Assembly: GCA_035637355.1 (NCBI GenBank)
Contig: DASPXJ010000091.1
Span: forward strand, 161 to 64,160
Origin: Gemmatimonadales bacterium
GTDB lineage: Bacteria; Gemmatimonadota; Gemmatimonadetes; Gemmatimonadales; GWC2-71-9
Reading direction: 5' to 3'
DNA length: 64,000 nt
Position 1 is the first letter of the stretch. Every line of letters begins with the position of its first letter. Shown here piece by piece: positions 1 to 9,086 of this stretch. The notes below the pieces were generated by a model. That model saw only the letters and a program-made list of their open reading frames with translations, searched no databases and was not told the origin of the DNA. The translations under genes were made by a program, and so were the position numbers.

Positions 1-359
1 ACCGCCAGCCGCTGCTCGGGCGTGGAGACCATGAACGTCGTGCCGCTCATCTCGCGCGACAGCGCCTCCACGGCCTGCAGGCCCGCGCGCCAGCGCGCCG
101 GCGGCTCCTGCTCGAACGACTCGGCGAGCCGCGCGTCGATGTAGGCCGCCACGCCGGCCGCCCGTGCCCCGCCCGACTGCGCGTCCGTCGGAATGATCAT
201 GTCGCTCAGCTCGTCGACCAGCGCGAACTCGGCGGGCGTGAAAAAAAGGGGTTGGGAGTTGGGAACTGGGAGTTGGGGCAGCGCGGGGAGCGCACCTGCG
301 GCCGCCGCGGCGGCCCCCGCCGCCGTCGCCTGGATCATTTCGCGTCGCGTGAGCTTCAT
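1..359 (-). CDS. Tat-signal small subunit, gluconate 2-dehydrogenase subunit-3-like (N-terminal part only; the gene runs off the window start)
   Basis: Own translation of the minus strand from ATG 359-357 gives MKLTRREMIQATAAGAAAAAAGALPALPQ...FTPAEFALVDELSDMIIPTDAQSGGARAAGVAAYIDARL. It has a twin-arginine leader and an ATGA overlap with the stop of the upstream GMC gene. It is absent from the ORF track because no stop lies inside the window. Confidence 0.6.
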   Translation of the reverse strand, partial: MKLTRREMIQATAAGAAAAAAGALPALPQLPVPNSQPLFFTPAEFALVDELSDMIIPTDAQSGGARAAGVAAYIDARLAESFEQEPPARWRAGLQAVEALSREMSGTTFMVSTPEQRLA

Positions 360-2146
360 AGGTTCCCCCGCTTGAACTCGTCGGCGAGGTGCTCGCACGA
401 GCGCCACGCCAGCGCCATGATCGTCCACGTCGGATTCTGGCACGACGCGCTCACGTGGCTCGAGCCGTCCACGACGAACAGGTTTTTGACGTCGTGCGAC
501 TGCTGGAACTGATTCAGCACCGACGTCTTGGGATCGGTGCCCATGCGCGCCGTGCCGAGCTCGTGGATCGACCAGCCTTCGGTCAGGATGTTCTTGTCGA
601 CGCCGACGACCTCGATGCCCGCCGCCTCGAACATTTCCTTGCCGGCGTTCGCCATGTCCTCGCACATCTTTTTCTCGTTATCGCCGAACTGATAATTGAA
701 GCGCAGGACGGGAATGCCCCAGCTGTCCTTCACCTCGGGATCCAGATCCATGTAGTTCTCGTAGCGGGCGAGCACTTCACCGAAGCCGCCCATACTAATG
801 AAGGCACCCGCGTGCTCGCGGACCGATTTCTTGAACTGACCCCCGAACCCCGGCGTGTCCCACGCGCTGTCGGGGAAAATCGAGAAGCCGGAGCCGCCCT
901 CGAAGCCGTAGCCGCGGATGAACCCCGGCTGCTTGTCCTCCAGGTTCCGGAACCGCGCCACGTAGAACCCGCCCGGCTTGCCGTCGTCCAGCGTGGGCGG
1001 CGCTCCCACCATCTCCTTGACCAGTCCCGTGACGCCCGGTCCCATCACGTGCTCGCAGAAGTTGTGGCCCACGTGCCCGCTCGAATTGCCGATACCGTTG
1101 GGATGTTGTCGAGACTGCGACAACAACAAGAGCCTGGCACTTTCCAACGTAGACGCCGCCAAGATTACGACACGAGCTTTCGCTTCGTAGGTACGGTGGT
1201 TCTGCGCATCGACGAACGAGATGCCGCGTGCCTTGCCGGTGTGCGGGTCGACCAGCACTTCGTGCGCAATGGAATTGGTGCGGAGCGTGAGATTGCCGGT
1301 GTCCATCGCCGGGTAGATGAGCCCCGTCGGCGAATCGAAGGCGGCATGGATGTCGCAGCCGCCGGGCCGCCGGCCGCACGCGCCGCGGCCGAAGCATTTG
1401 CTGCGATACTTGTTGTGCTTGACGCCGTCCGTCGTCACGCCGGCGCGATACGGCGTCAGCGTGCGTCCCATCGTGGCGAGACTCTGGCGCAGCTTCACTT
1501 CCGCCGCGGTGAGCTTGTTCGGCCGCTGGAACAGACTGTCCGGCAGGTGCGGCAGGTTCTCTTTATGGCCGGAGATGCCAAGGTACAGGTCTACTTTGTC
1601 GTAATACGGTTCAATGTCGGCATACGAGATCGGCCAATCTTCGCCGTAGCCGTCGTGCGTCTTCCCCTTGAAGTCGTAGTCCGACAGTCGCAGCGCGAGG
1701 CGGCCCCAGATATTCGTCTTGCCGCCCAGCAGCCGCGCGCGCACCCAGGCGTAGCGCGTGCCGGTATAGGGATGATCCTTCTCGTCGACCAGGATGTTCT
1801 TGACGTAGTCCGATCCGCCCCAGCCCCCGACGTACGAGAAGACATGCTTGAACGCCGATCCCTTGGCGTACGGAGGTTTCCGGACGGTGTACTCGTTGAA
1901 GAGGATGGCGTGGTAGCCGGGAGGCGCCTCGCCGCGTCGCGGGTGATCGTACGGCCACTCCATCGAACGCAGCTCCTGCTCGATGGGAATCTTTTTGCCC
2001 GCCTCGAGCAGCAGCACCTTCATGCCCTGGGATGTGAGGACGTGCGCCGCCATCCCGCCCGCCGCGCCCGAGCCCACCACGACGGCGTCGTAGGTGCGCG
2101 CCAGGTCGACATCCTGCTCCTGGGACCGGAAGCGAATGAGAGTCAT
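356..2146 (-). CDS. GMC-family FAD-dependent oxidoreductase (large subunit)
   Basis: ORF 356..2347. Start trimmed to ATG 2146 (MTLIRFRSQEQDVD), just ahead of the dinucleotide-binding motif VVVGSGAAGGMAAHVL. C-terminal GMC signature GTARMGTDPKTSVLN...VVDGSSHVSASCQNPTWT. Confidence 0.85.
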   Translation of the reverse strand: MTLIRFRSQEQDVDLARTYDAVVVGSGAAGGMAAHVLTSQGMKVLLLEAGKKIPIEQELRSMEWPYDHPRRGEAPPGYHAILFNEYTVRKPPYAKGSAFKHVFSYVGGWGGSDYVKNILVDEKDHPYTGTRYAWVRARLLGGKTNIWGRLALRLSDYDFKGKTHDGYGEDWPISYADIEPYYDKVDLYLGISGHKENLPHLPDSLFQRPNKLTAAEVKLRQSLATMGRTLTPYRAGVTTDGVKHNKYRSKCFGRGACGRRPGGCDIHAAFDSPTGLIYPAMDTGNLTLRTNSIAHEVLVDPHTGKARGISFVDAQNHRTYEAKARVVILAASTLESARLLLLSQSRQHPNGIGNSSGHVGHNFCEHVMGPGVTGLVKEMVGAPPTLDDGKPGGFYVARFRNLEDKQPGFIRGYGFEGGSGFSIFPDSAWDTPGFGGQFKKSVREHAGAFISMGGFGEVLARYENYMDLDPEVKDSWGIPVLRFNYQFGDNEKKMCEDMANAGKEMFEAAGIEVVGVDKNILTEGWSIHELGTARMGTDPKTSVLNQFQQSHDVKNLFVVDGSSHVSASCQNPTWTIMALAWRSCEHLADEFKRGNL

Positions 2147-2157
2147 CGGGAGTGGAA

Positions 2158-2239
2158 CCCGGGCTGAGAGCCCGGGCTGGGCGTGAGGTGCGCCCTGTAA
2201 GGGCGCACGCGGAGCCGAGCGCGCCCTCTCAGGGCGCGC
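2158..2239 (-). terminator. Three consecutive GC-rich stem-loops between the propeller gene stop and the GMC gene start
   Basis: cccgggc-tgaga-gcccggg (2158-2176), gtgcgccc-tgtaa-gggcgcac (2188-2208), gcgcgccct-ctc-agggcgcgc (2219-2239). There is no U-tract, so intrinsic-terminator function is uncertain. Confidence 0.35.
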
Positions 2240-2264
2240 AACCCGAATCGCCGAATCATGGCCA

Positions 2265-3164
2265 TTAATCTTTCCTTTCGAATGACACGAACGCAACGCG
2301 CCTGCTGTCCGGTGACCAACTGGGAACGTTGATGGTTCCCTGCCCACCGAAGAATGCGGGCGTGAGATCGCGCACCGAGCGGTCGCGCAGATCCATGAGC
2401 CGGAGCTTCACCTGTTTCCCGAACGGATGGTCCTGACCTTGGTCCTCGACGAACGCGAGATAGACGATCCAGCGTCCATCCGGCGATGGATGCGGGAACC
2501 AATTCGCGTACGCATCGTGCGTGAGCTGCTCGGCCTGACTGCCGTCCGGCCGCATGCGCCAGATCTCCATTTTGCCGCTGCAGAACGAGTTGTAGTAAAT
2601 GAAAGCGCCGTCGGGGGAATAATCGGGCCCGTCGTCCAACCCGTGGCACGTCGTGATACGGCGCTCGTCACCGCCGGACACCGGAATGGTGTAGATGTCA
2701 AACTCCCCTTCCCGCCGCCCGACAAAGGCCAGCGTCTTCCCATCGGGTGACCAGCCGTGCCAAAAGCTTGGCGCCTTCGTCGTGATCTGTTTGGGGGTGC
2801 CGCCGCCGATCGGCAGCAGATAGACGCTCGAGGTCAGCCAGTCCTCGGTGGGCTCGTTGCTGATCACGAGCCAGTTGCCGTCGGGGGAGATCCCGTGGTC
2901 GTTGTTGATGCGCGTCGCCGCCCCCGTCTCGATGGGCTGGAGCTGTCCTCCAGCGACACTCAGCCGGTACAGCCGGCCTTCACTATTGATGAGCAAGAAG
3001 CGCCCATCGCGCGACCAGTTGGGCGCTTCGAAACGGCGGTCGGCGCTGTAGACGGTTTCGATGCGGCCCGACGAGATCTCGACCGTCTTCAGCAAACTGT
3101 GGGTGCTGCTCTCCTGCGAAGCCTGGAACGCAACCGCGATTCCGAGCAGCGCTGGGATCAGAAT
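2265..3164 (-). CDS. Periplasmic TolB-like / PD40 (WD40-like) beta-propeller repeat protein
   Basis: C-terminal ~300 aa of ORF 2265..3596. Repeated blades [39 protein letters not shown] and [10 protein letters not shown] follow a signal-like [17 protein letters not shown]. The Arg-rich upstream part of the ORF overlaps the isomerase gene and is not credible. The start codon is unresolved (ATT 3164 or CTG 3161). Confidence 0.7.
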   Translation of the reverse strand: MLIPALLGIAVAFQASQESSTHSLLKTVEISSGRIETVYSADRRFEAPNWSRDGRFLLINSEGRLYRLSVAGGQLQPIETGAATRINNDHGISPDGNWLVISNEPTEDWLTSSVYLLPIGGGTPKQITTKAPSFWHGWSPDGKTLAFVGRREGEFDIYTIPVSGGDERRITTCHGLDDGPDYSPDGAFIYYNSFCSGKMEIWRMRPDGSQAEQLTHDAYANWFPHPSPDGRWIVYLAFVEDQGQDHPFGKQVKLRLMDLRDRSVRDLTPAFFGGQGTINVPSWSPDSRRVAFVSFERKD

Positions 3165-4003
3165 TCCAGTCCCCGGAGGTACTGGTAGTTGGCGCGCGCG
3201 TCGGCGAGGTCGCCGTCCGCGTCGCTCGCCGTTTCCTGCTCGACGTACGCGGGCTTCTGGTCCAGCGCCGGCACCGCGGCCAGGAACTTCTTGAAATCGA
3301 AGATTCCCTTGCCGAGGCCGGTATCGTGGGCGCGATCGGGCGTCGCGTCCTTGAGATGGAAGCTCGCGAATCGGTCGGGATATTTCTGCAGGTACTGCAT
3401 CGGATCGCCGCCCCCGATCAGCATGTTCCCGACGTCGAGCTGCAGCCGAGTGACGGAGGGATCGAGCCGGTTGATGAAGACGTCGAAGGGGATCTGGCCG
3501 GCGATCGGCTTTTGGTGGTACGCCTCGTTGTGGAACCCCAGCCAGATCCCGGCGCGCCGCGCGACCGCGCCGGCGGCGTTGAAGCGATCGGCCCACTCGC
3601 GCCAGTCGTCGAGCGTTTGCTTGGTCCAGTCTTCGAAATCAGGGACGAAGAGATACTGGTGGCCGAGCAGTTTCGCCGTTTCGAGGCTGCGCTCCCAGCC
3701 GACGAAAATCGTATCGGCCGACATGTGCGCCGACGGCGCGCGCAGCCCTTCGTTCTTGAGCGTGGCGGCGACTTGCGCGGGGGTGCGGCCGAACAGATTG
3801 AACGACCAGAGCAGCTCGACGTCGGTGTAGCCGATGGCGCGCACCGCCGCGAGCGTGCGGTCGGGATCCTGTGCCATCGCGTGACGAACCGCATAGGTCT
3901 CGAGCCCGATGTGATCCAGCTTCTTCGCAGCGCCGAAGGGCGCGCGGGCAAACATTCCGCCCGCCGCCGCGCCCATGGTGTGAATGAAGTCGCGTCGTTT
4001 CAT
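3158..4003 (-). CDS. Sugar phosphate isomerase/epimerase (xylose-isomerase-like TIM barrel) with Tat signal
   Basis: ORF 3158..4003. N-terminus [19 protein letters not shown] (RR leader). Body LETYAVRH...GYTDVELLW...GFHNEAYH...SFHLKD is typical of AP-endonuclease-2/xylose-isomerase-like proteins. Confidence 0.8.
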   Translation of the reverse strand: MKRRDFIHTMGAAAGGMFARAPFGAAKKLDHIGLETYAVRHAMAQDPDRTLAAVRAIGYTDVELLWSFNLFGRTPAQVAATLKNEGLRAPSAHMSADTIFVGWERSLETAKLLGHQYLFVPDFEDWTKQTLDDWREWADRFNAAGAVARRAGIWLGFHNEAYHQKPIAGQIPFDVFINRLDPSVTRLQLDVGNMLIGGGDPMQYLQKYPDRFASFHLKDATPDRAHDTGLGKGIFDFKKFLAAVPALDQKPAYVEQETASDADGDLADARANYQYLRGLEF

Positions 4004-4036
4004 AGCGCGCTAATCTACAGATGGCCGGGCAGGCGG

Positions 4037-4904
4037 CTAGGCGAGGGTGCGCTGCAAATGATCCGAGAGGCGGAGACTCAGCGCGACGAGCGTCAACGTC
4101 GGATTGACCGCGCCTCCGGTTGGAAACACCGACGCGCCCGCAATGGAGAGGTTCCCGAGTCCATGCACGCGGCAGTTCGCGTCCACGACACCGGACCGCG
4201 GGTCGGGGTGCATGCGCGTCGTTCCCATATGATGCCACCCTCCGCTCAGCGTTTTCGGCCAGCCCGGATCCCCGCTGCGCAGCCAATCGAGGATCTGGAC
4301 GCGACCCAGCCCGCTCCGCCCGAATTCGCGGCCCAGCACGTCGTAGAATCGCTGGAAGGACCGCTTCTCGAGGTCGGTCATCCGCCAGTCGAGCACCGCG
4401 CGCGGCATCCCCAGGGCATCGCGCTGCGCGCTCAGCGTGACGCGCGAGCTCGGATTCGGCGATTGCTCCTGCCGGGTGATCACGTGAAAGAAACGCCCCG
4501 TCGGCGCGGCGGCAGGCGGCGGCACGTCCGTTTCGGATGGCGGTGGGCCCGCCTTGCCGCCGGCTTCCCATTCGCGCATCGCGGCCAACACGTCCGGCGT
4601 AATCGCCTGGAACGTGCTCTTCGCGACTTCCTCGGCCCCGCCCTCTCCCGCGGGCTCGAGCGATACGGTGCCGTTCAAAACGCGCTGCTGGCGCTGCACC
4701 GCCGCGGTGAGTGCCAATTTCACCGCGATAGAGGTCCTGCATCGCCGCCTCATACTGCAGGCCGCCGCCTTCCAGCAACAGCACCGTACGCGGCGAGCCG
4801 ATCCACTCGCGCGCGATCGTGATGCCGGCGGCGCCGGCGCCGACAATGCACAGATCGCCTTCGAGCAGGGCGCCGTTGGGGAGGGTTCGAGCGTCGATGT
4901 GCAT
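4037..4904 (-). pseudogene. GMC-family oxidoreductase remnant (frameshift plus large internal deletion)
   Basis: The N-terminal FAD motif MHIDARTLPNGALLEGDLCIVGAGAAGITIAREWIGSPRTVLLLEGGG lies in frame of ORF 3639..4904. The C-terminal GMC domain (EQSPNPSSRVTLS...GGWHHMGTTRMHPDPRSGVVDANCRVHGLGNLSIAGASVFPTGGAVNPTLT) lies in frame of ORF 4037..5272. The frames switch near 4690-4725. Total length is only ~289 codons, versus >500 for the intact paralog at 356-2146. Confidence 0.6.
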
Positions 4905-4913
4905 CGCGGGTGA

Positions 4914-5300
4914 TCAGGCCGGTGCGGGCAGCAGCGAGAACAGCGCGCATTGGCGCGCCTCGGTCGCCGAGAGCACCCAGCCGTTGACGAGCACGGTTCG
5001 TCCCGCAGCGAAGTCGCTGCGCACCAGCTGCGTGATCCACGAGCGCGGCGCCCACGGCACGCGCACGGGACGCCCGGCGAGAATGGCGGCGCGCAGCGGC
5101 GCGCGTTCGTTCTCTCCAGGCACCAGCGCGCGGTACTGTTTCCCGATGTTACGCACCGACTCGGAACCCAGCAGCGCGAGCAGCGCGGGATGTGTGAGCG
5201 CCTCGAGATCACCGGCAGTATCGACGCCGGCCCCACGGGCGGCGCTCGTGAGGCTGGCCGCACTGGCGGCACTGACGCGGAGAAATTCCCGCCGGTTCAT
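4914..5300 (-). CDS. Small Tat-signal protein (partner-type subunit preceding a GMC oxidoreductase)
   Basis: Internal ATG 5300 of ORF 4914..5441 gives MNRREFLRVSAASAASLTSAARGAG (twin-arginine leader). Its stop lies 7 nt upstream of the GMC remnant start. Confidence 0.6.
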   Translation of the reverse strand: MNRREFLRVSAASAASLTSAARGAGVDTAGDLEALTHPALLALLGSESVRNIGKQYRALVPGENERAPLRAAILAGRPVRVPWAPRSWITQLVRSDFAAGRTVLVNGWVLSATEARQCALFSLLPAPA

Positions 5301-6200
5301 CAGTGGACCGAGGGTCGGTAAACGCGCACCCAGTCGACCAGCATCGTGGCGGGAAAAATGGCGTCCGACTGCGGATCGCCGTCGAAGTGGCCGCCCACCG
5401 CCTGATTCAGGATTACGAAGAACGTCTGGTCGAAGACCCAATTGCCGTACGTCATGACGGCAGCACGCGACACGCCGTTAGTGCAGCCGGCCGTCCACGT
5501 AGTAGCGGATCGACTGGGCATCCCACTCGACCGCGTAGACGTGGAAATCGGTCGCGGTGGTCGCGGTTGGGTGCGCGAACGGCGTATTGCCGGAGTAGCC
5601 GGGGCCGTGCACGGCCGAGCTCGTTATGCTCGACTGGCTGCCACGGTTTTCCAGGATGTCGAGCTCGCCGCAGGTCGGCCAGCCAACCGTCCCAATGTTG
5701 TCGCCGAGCATCCAGAACGCCGGCCAGAGTCCCTGCCCCGCCGCGAGCTTGATCCGCGCCTCGACGCGCCCCGGGGAGACAGAGATCTTCCCGCGCGTCG
5801 TGATCTTCGCGGAGGTATAGCGACAAGCTCCGTAGTAACACGTCAAACCGGCGGGTGCGGTGCGCGCGACGATCGCCAGCTGTCCGTCGCCGTTCAGGGC
5901 GATGTTCTCGGTCGCCGAGCGGTAGTACTCCTTCTCGCTGTTACCCCACCCGCAGTTGCCCTGCGAGCAGCCGTCGGCCGTGTCGTAGCGCCACCTGGTC
6001 GTGTCGATACGCGCGCCCGCCGGCCCGGCGAACTCATCGGCCCAGACCAGCGTCCATGGGTTGGGAGGGAGAGACGGAGGCGGCGGTGGAGCGGGGACCG
6101 GCGGCGGGACGGTGGGTGTGCCCGATGCGCACGCGAAGGCCGCGCCGATCAGCAGCGCGGCTCGCGCGCGGCCGATTAGAGATTCGCTGCTCGACGCCAT
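5300..6200 (-). pseudogene. Glycoside hydrolase family 16 (beta-glucanase/laminarinase-like) lipoprotein, frameshifted
   Basis: ORF 5478..6200 carries the lipobox-like AAFACASG, the catalytic GELDILE motif and FWMLG, then ends YYVDGRLH-stop. The missing C-terminus (TYGNWVFDQTFFVILNQAVGGHFDGDP...MLVDWVRVYRPS) continues in ORF 5300..5521, one frame over. Confidence 0.7.
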
Positions 6201-6907
6201 TGTTCGGCAATGACCGCGTGCCCCGCCGGCGTCGGGTGCACGCCGTCCGCCGCCCAGTACTCGGGCGGTGCCGTCCGGGCCCGCTGATTGAAGATCGTCT
6301 GCAAGGGAACGAACGTCGCGCGCGCGCGGGCGGCGACACGCGCCGCCGCGGCGCGACGCTGATCGAATTCCGGGAACCAGCGCGCATCGACGGCGCCCGC
6401 GCGCAGCACGAACGGCTCGAGCACGATGAGATGCACGTGCGGCAGGGCGTCGCGCGTGGTCTGGAGCAGCGCGGCGTATTGCTGCTCGTAGTCCTGCACC
6501 GTGCCGTTGTATCCATGGTCGAGCTTATGCCAGAAATCGTTGACCCCGATCAGAATGCTCAGCACGTCGGGCTTGAGGTCGATGGCATCCGTCGTCCAGC
6601 GCTGTTGCAAGTCGGGCACCTTGTTCCCGCTGATCCCCCGATTGTAGAACTTGAAACCCCGCGCGGCGTGCGCCGCGAGCACGGCCGCGGTAATGAGCAG
6701 CGGATACCCGGTGCCGAGCGCGCCCGCCGCGTTCGGGTCGGCGGACTCGCGGTTGCGGCCGCAGTCGGTGATCGAGTCGCCCTGAAAGAGAATGACGCCT
6801 CCCTTCGCGGCCGCCCCCCCGGCGGGTGCTTGTGCCGGCAGGCGCGAGGCCGCGGCGAGCGCGGCAGTCGTCAGCAGGAACTCACGCCGGTTCAGATCGC
6901 GAATCAT
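6176..6907 (-). CDS. SGNH/GDSL-family hydrolase with Tat-type signal
   Basis: ORF 6176..6907 begins MIRDLNRREFLLTTAALAAAS and carries GDSITDCGR (block I). The C-terminal DGVHPTPAGH matches block V (DxxH). Confidence 0.8.
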   Translation of the reverse strand: MIRDLNRREFLLTTAALAAASRLPAQAPAGGAAAKGGVILFQGDSITDCGRNRESADPNAAGALGTGYPLLITAAVLAAHAARGFKFYNRGISGNKVPDLQQRWTTDAIDLKPDVLSILIGVNDFWHKLDHGYNGTVQDYEQQYAALLQTTRDALPHVHLIVLEPFVLRAGAVDARWFPEFDQRRAAAARVAARARATFVPLQTIFNQRARTAPPEYWAADGVHPTPAGHAVIAEQWRRAANL

Positions 6908-6916
6908 GGACCCCTC

Positions 6917-7282
6917 TCATGATGGAGCCAGCATCTGTGAGGCCGGCTGCGCCACGTGCGGGCACTCGCCGGTCTTGCGCGCGCGGATCTCGAGCACCTG
7001 CTGGACGACGAAGTAGCGCTGGCCCCCGTAGATACTGCCCTCGTGCCCTTTCACGCCGCGGAGCTGAACGTACAGCGGCTGGTTTGATCCCGCCGTCATC
7101 GCGTGGTAGCGCGCGACGAGCGCCGTGTCTGGCACGATCACCACGGTTTTGGGATCGTCGCAGGCGAAGAACATGCCGGCGCCGTCCTGCGCCACGTACA
7201 CGCCGGCGACGTCGGTGGAGCGATGACAGGCGGTGAGCGCGGCTACGACCAGCGAGCCTGTGACGCAATGGCGAACGGCCAC
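6917..7282 (-). CDS. Hypothetical lipoprotein
   Basis: Tail of ORF 6917..7840. GTG 7282 gives VAVRHCVTGSLVVAALTAC (lipobox LTAC). It overlaps the permease 3' end by 40 nt; the rest of the long ORF is antisense to the permease. Confidence 0.45.
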   Translation of the reverse strand: MAVRHCVTGSLVVAALTACHRSTDVAGVYVAQDGAGMFFACDDPKTVVIVPDTALVARYHAMTAGSNQPLYVQLRGVKGHEGSIYGGQRYFVVQQVLEIRARKTGECPHVAQPASQMLAPS

Positions 7283-8604
7283 GTTCTTCCTTTCCAGGAC
7301 CACATACCGAAGCACGCGACACCGAGCAGCAGCGCGCCGAGCCCGAAGGCGATGACGATGGGCGGCGTCGTAGCAAAGATGAAGATCCATCCGAGCAGCG
7401 CAACCAGGCTCGGCAGCGGATACAGCCACATCCGATAGGGCCGCGGCATGTCGGGCGCGCGCCGCCGCAGCAGGGTGACCGCGCCGATCTGGCCGATGAA
7501 CTGCACGAGAATGCGCGTGGTAATCAGCGCATCGATGACCGTGCCCAGCGATGCGAAGCCGGCCACGATCGACAGGGCGCCCAGCACGAGGAGCGAGACG
7601 TACGGAAACCCTTGAGTCGGGTGCAGCCGGGCGAACACCGTGAAGAAGTAGCCGTCCTTGGCGGCGGCGTACGGCACGCGCGAGTACCCGAGCAGCAGGG
7701 CGAACACCGAGCCGAACGCGGTCCACAGAATCATCGCCGTGAATACGGTGGCGATGCGCGGGCCGTAGATCCGTTCCATGAACATCGAGACGACGAAGTT
7801 CGACTGCGGGTGCGCCGCCGCCGGAACGAAATCCCGCCACGGCACGACGCCGATGATCGAGAAGTTGATCGCCACGTAGATCAACGCCACCGCCACGGTG
7901 CTCAACAGAATCGACCGCGGGATCACCCGGCCCGGATTCTCGACCTCGTCGCCGATGTAGCAGACGTCGTAGTAGCCGAGGTAGTCATAGACCCCGATCC
8001 GCGCGGCGGCGCCGAGGCCGATGAAAAAGCCGAGCGAGAAGTTGAACGCGCCCGGCGGAAAGGCGAAGGCGAGGCGCGAGTCGAAATGCCGCGCGCCCGT
8101 CAGGATCACGACAATGACGGTGAGAATTGTCCCGATCCAGAGGGTCAGCGTGATCGTCGCGATGGATTTGATGCGCCGGTAAAGCAGCGCCACGTTCACC
8201 AACCCGATGATCGTCACGACGAGCATCGTCTGGCGCGGCGTGATCCCTTTCCAGATGTAGCCGAGGTACTGCGAGAACCCGATGTATCCGGACGCGATCT
8301 CGAGCGGCCCGCTCAGGACGAATTGCCACACGAACAGAAAGCCCATCAGCCGCCCGACCGTGTCGGCGCCGTAGCCGTGGCGCAGATAGCCGAAGGAGCC
8401 GCCCGATCCCGGCAGCGCCGCGCCCAGCTCGCTCCACACCATGCCGTCGCACAGCACGATGATCAGCGCGACCAGCCAGCCGAGCATGGCCTGCGGGCCG
8501 CCGAGGGCGGACATCAGCAGCGGGATCGTGATGAACGGCCCGATGCCGATCATGTTCGTCATGTTGAGCGCCGTCGCGTGCACCAGGCCGAAGCGGCGGT
8601 CCAT
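7243..8604 (-). CDS. APC-family amino acid permease
   Basis: ORF 7243..8604, 453 aa, about 12 hydrophobic segments. The N-terminal MTNMIGIGPFITIPL and GSGGSFGYL motifs are typical of APC transporters. Confidence 0.85.
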   Translation of the reverse strand: MDRRFGLVHATALNMTNMIGIGPFITIPLLMSALGGPQAMLGWLVALIIVLCDGMVWSELGAALPGSGGSFGYLRHGYGADTVGRLMGFLFVWQFVLSGPLEIASGYIGFSQYLGYIWKGITPRQTMLVVTIIGLVNVALLYRRIKSIATITLTLWIGTILTVIVVILTGARHFDSRLAFAFPPGAFNFSLGFFIGLGAAARIGVYDYLGYYDVCYIGDEVENPGRVIPRSILLSTVAVALIYVAINFSIIGVVPWRDFVPAAAHPQSNFVVSMFMERIYGPRIATVFTAMILWTAFGSVFALLLGYSRVPYAAAKDGYFFTVFARLHPTQGFPYVSLLVLGALSIVAGFASLGTVIDALITTRILVQFIGQIGAVTLLRRRAPDMPRPYRMWLYPLPSLVALLGWIFIFATTPPIVIAFGLGALLLGVACFGMWSWKGRTWPFAIASQARWS

Positions 8605-8607
8605 CGG

Positions 8608-9066
8608 CTAGCGTCGGGACCAGAGCGTGAGGCTCACCTTGAGGACGAGTGCCCACTCGAAATCCTGAAACGGCTGGACGTCGGGGATCGCGACGAGCGC
8701 GGTGCGCGGAATCGGCAGTGGCACGACGATCGTGCTGATGATGGCGGGAAAGGGCCGGTAATCGTTGGCGTCGAACCACAACAGCCCCGCTCCCAGGTCG
8801 ACCGCGAGCGCCTTCGTGTCGATGAGCGAGCGTTCCGCCTCGGTGATGACGGTCGGCTTGGCGCTCCGGTCGCTCCACGCCAGCGTGAGCTCCGCGCGTG
8901 TCGCGTGCCATGGCGGGCCGTCGATATGGAGATCGAAATCGGGCTCCGATGAAAAATCGCCGAGCACGATGCCGGCGCCGAGGAAGGCGCGCTGCGCGGC
9001 GGCGGCGGCGGCGGCGGCGGGAAGTGCGGTGCCGATGAATACGAGCACGAGGGCGGTACGAAGCAC
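8608..9066 (-). CDS. Hypothetical secreted protein
   Basis: ORF 8608..9066 with signal peptide MLRTALVLVFIGTALPAAAAAAAAQ. No recognisable motif. Confidence 0.5.
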   Translation of the reverse strand: MLRTALVLVFIGTALPAAAAAAAAQRAFLGAGIVLGDFSSEPDFDLHIDGPPWHATRAELTLAWSDRSAKPTVITEAERSLIDTKALAVDLGAGLLWFDANDYRPFPAIISTIVVPLPIPRTALVAIPDVQPFQDFEWALVLKVSLTLWSRR

Positions 9067-9086
9067 GCCCTAATGTACGTCGTTCG

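Noticed and set aside
389-2167. Long ORFs antisense or out of frame to recognised genes. Examples: 389..2167 (+), 3326..4822 (+), 10520..11950 (-), 13626..15056 (-), 19559..20710 (+), 25714..26964 (+), 39060..41129 (+), 47498..48703 (-), 49375..50580 (-), 50984..52507 (-).
   Set aside because: Their translations are Arg/Ala/Gly/Pro-rich low-complexity strings with no motifs. Each lies opposite a gene with clear family signatures, and stop-codon-poor antisense frames are expected at ~70% GC.
2161-2176. A CTGAGA-containing hairpin considered as a TPP riboswitch fragment.
   Set aside because: It lacks the remaining conserved TPP elements (ACCUGAU..., the pyrimidine-sensor helix). It is on the wrong strand relative to the flanking genes and is not near the thi genes.
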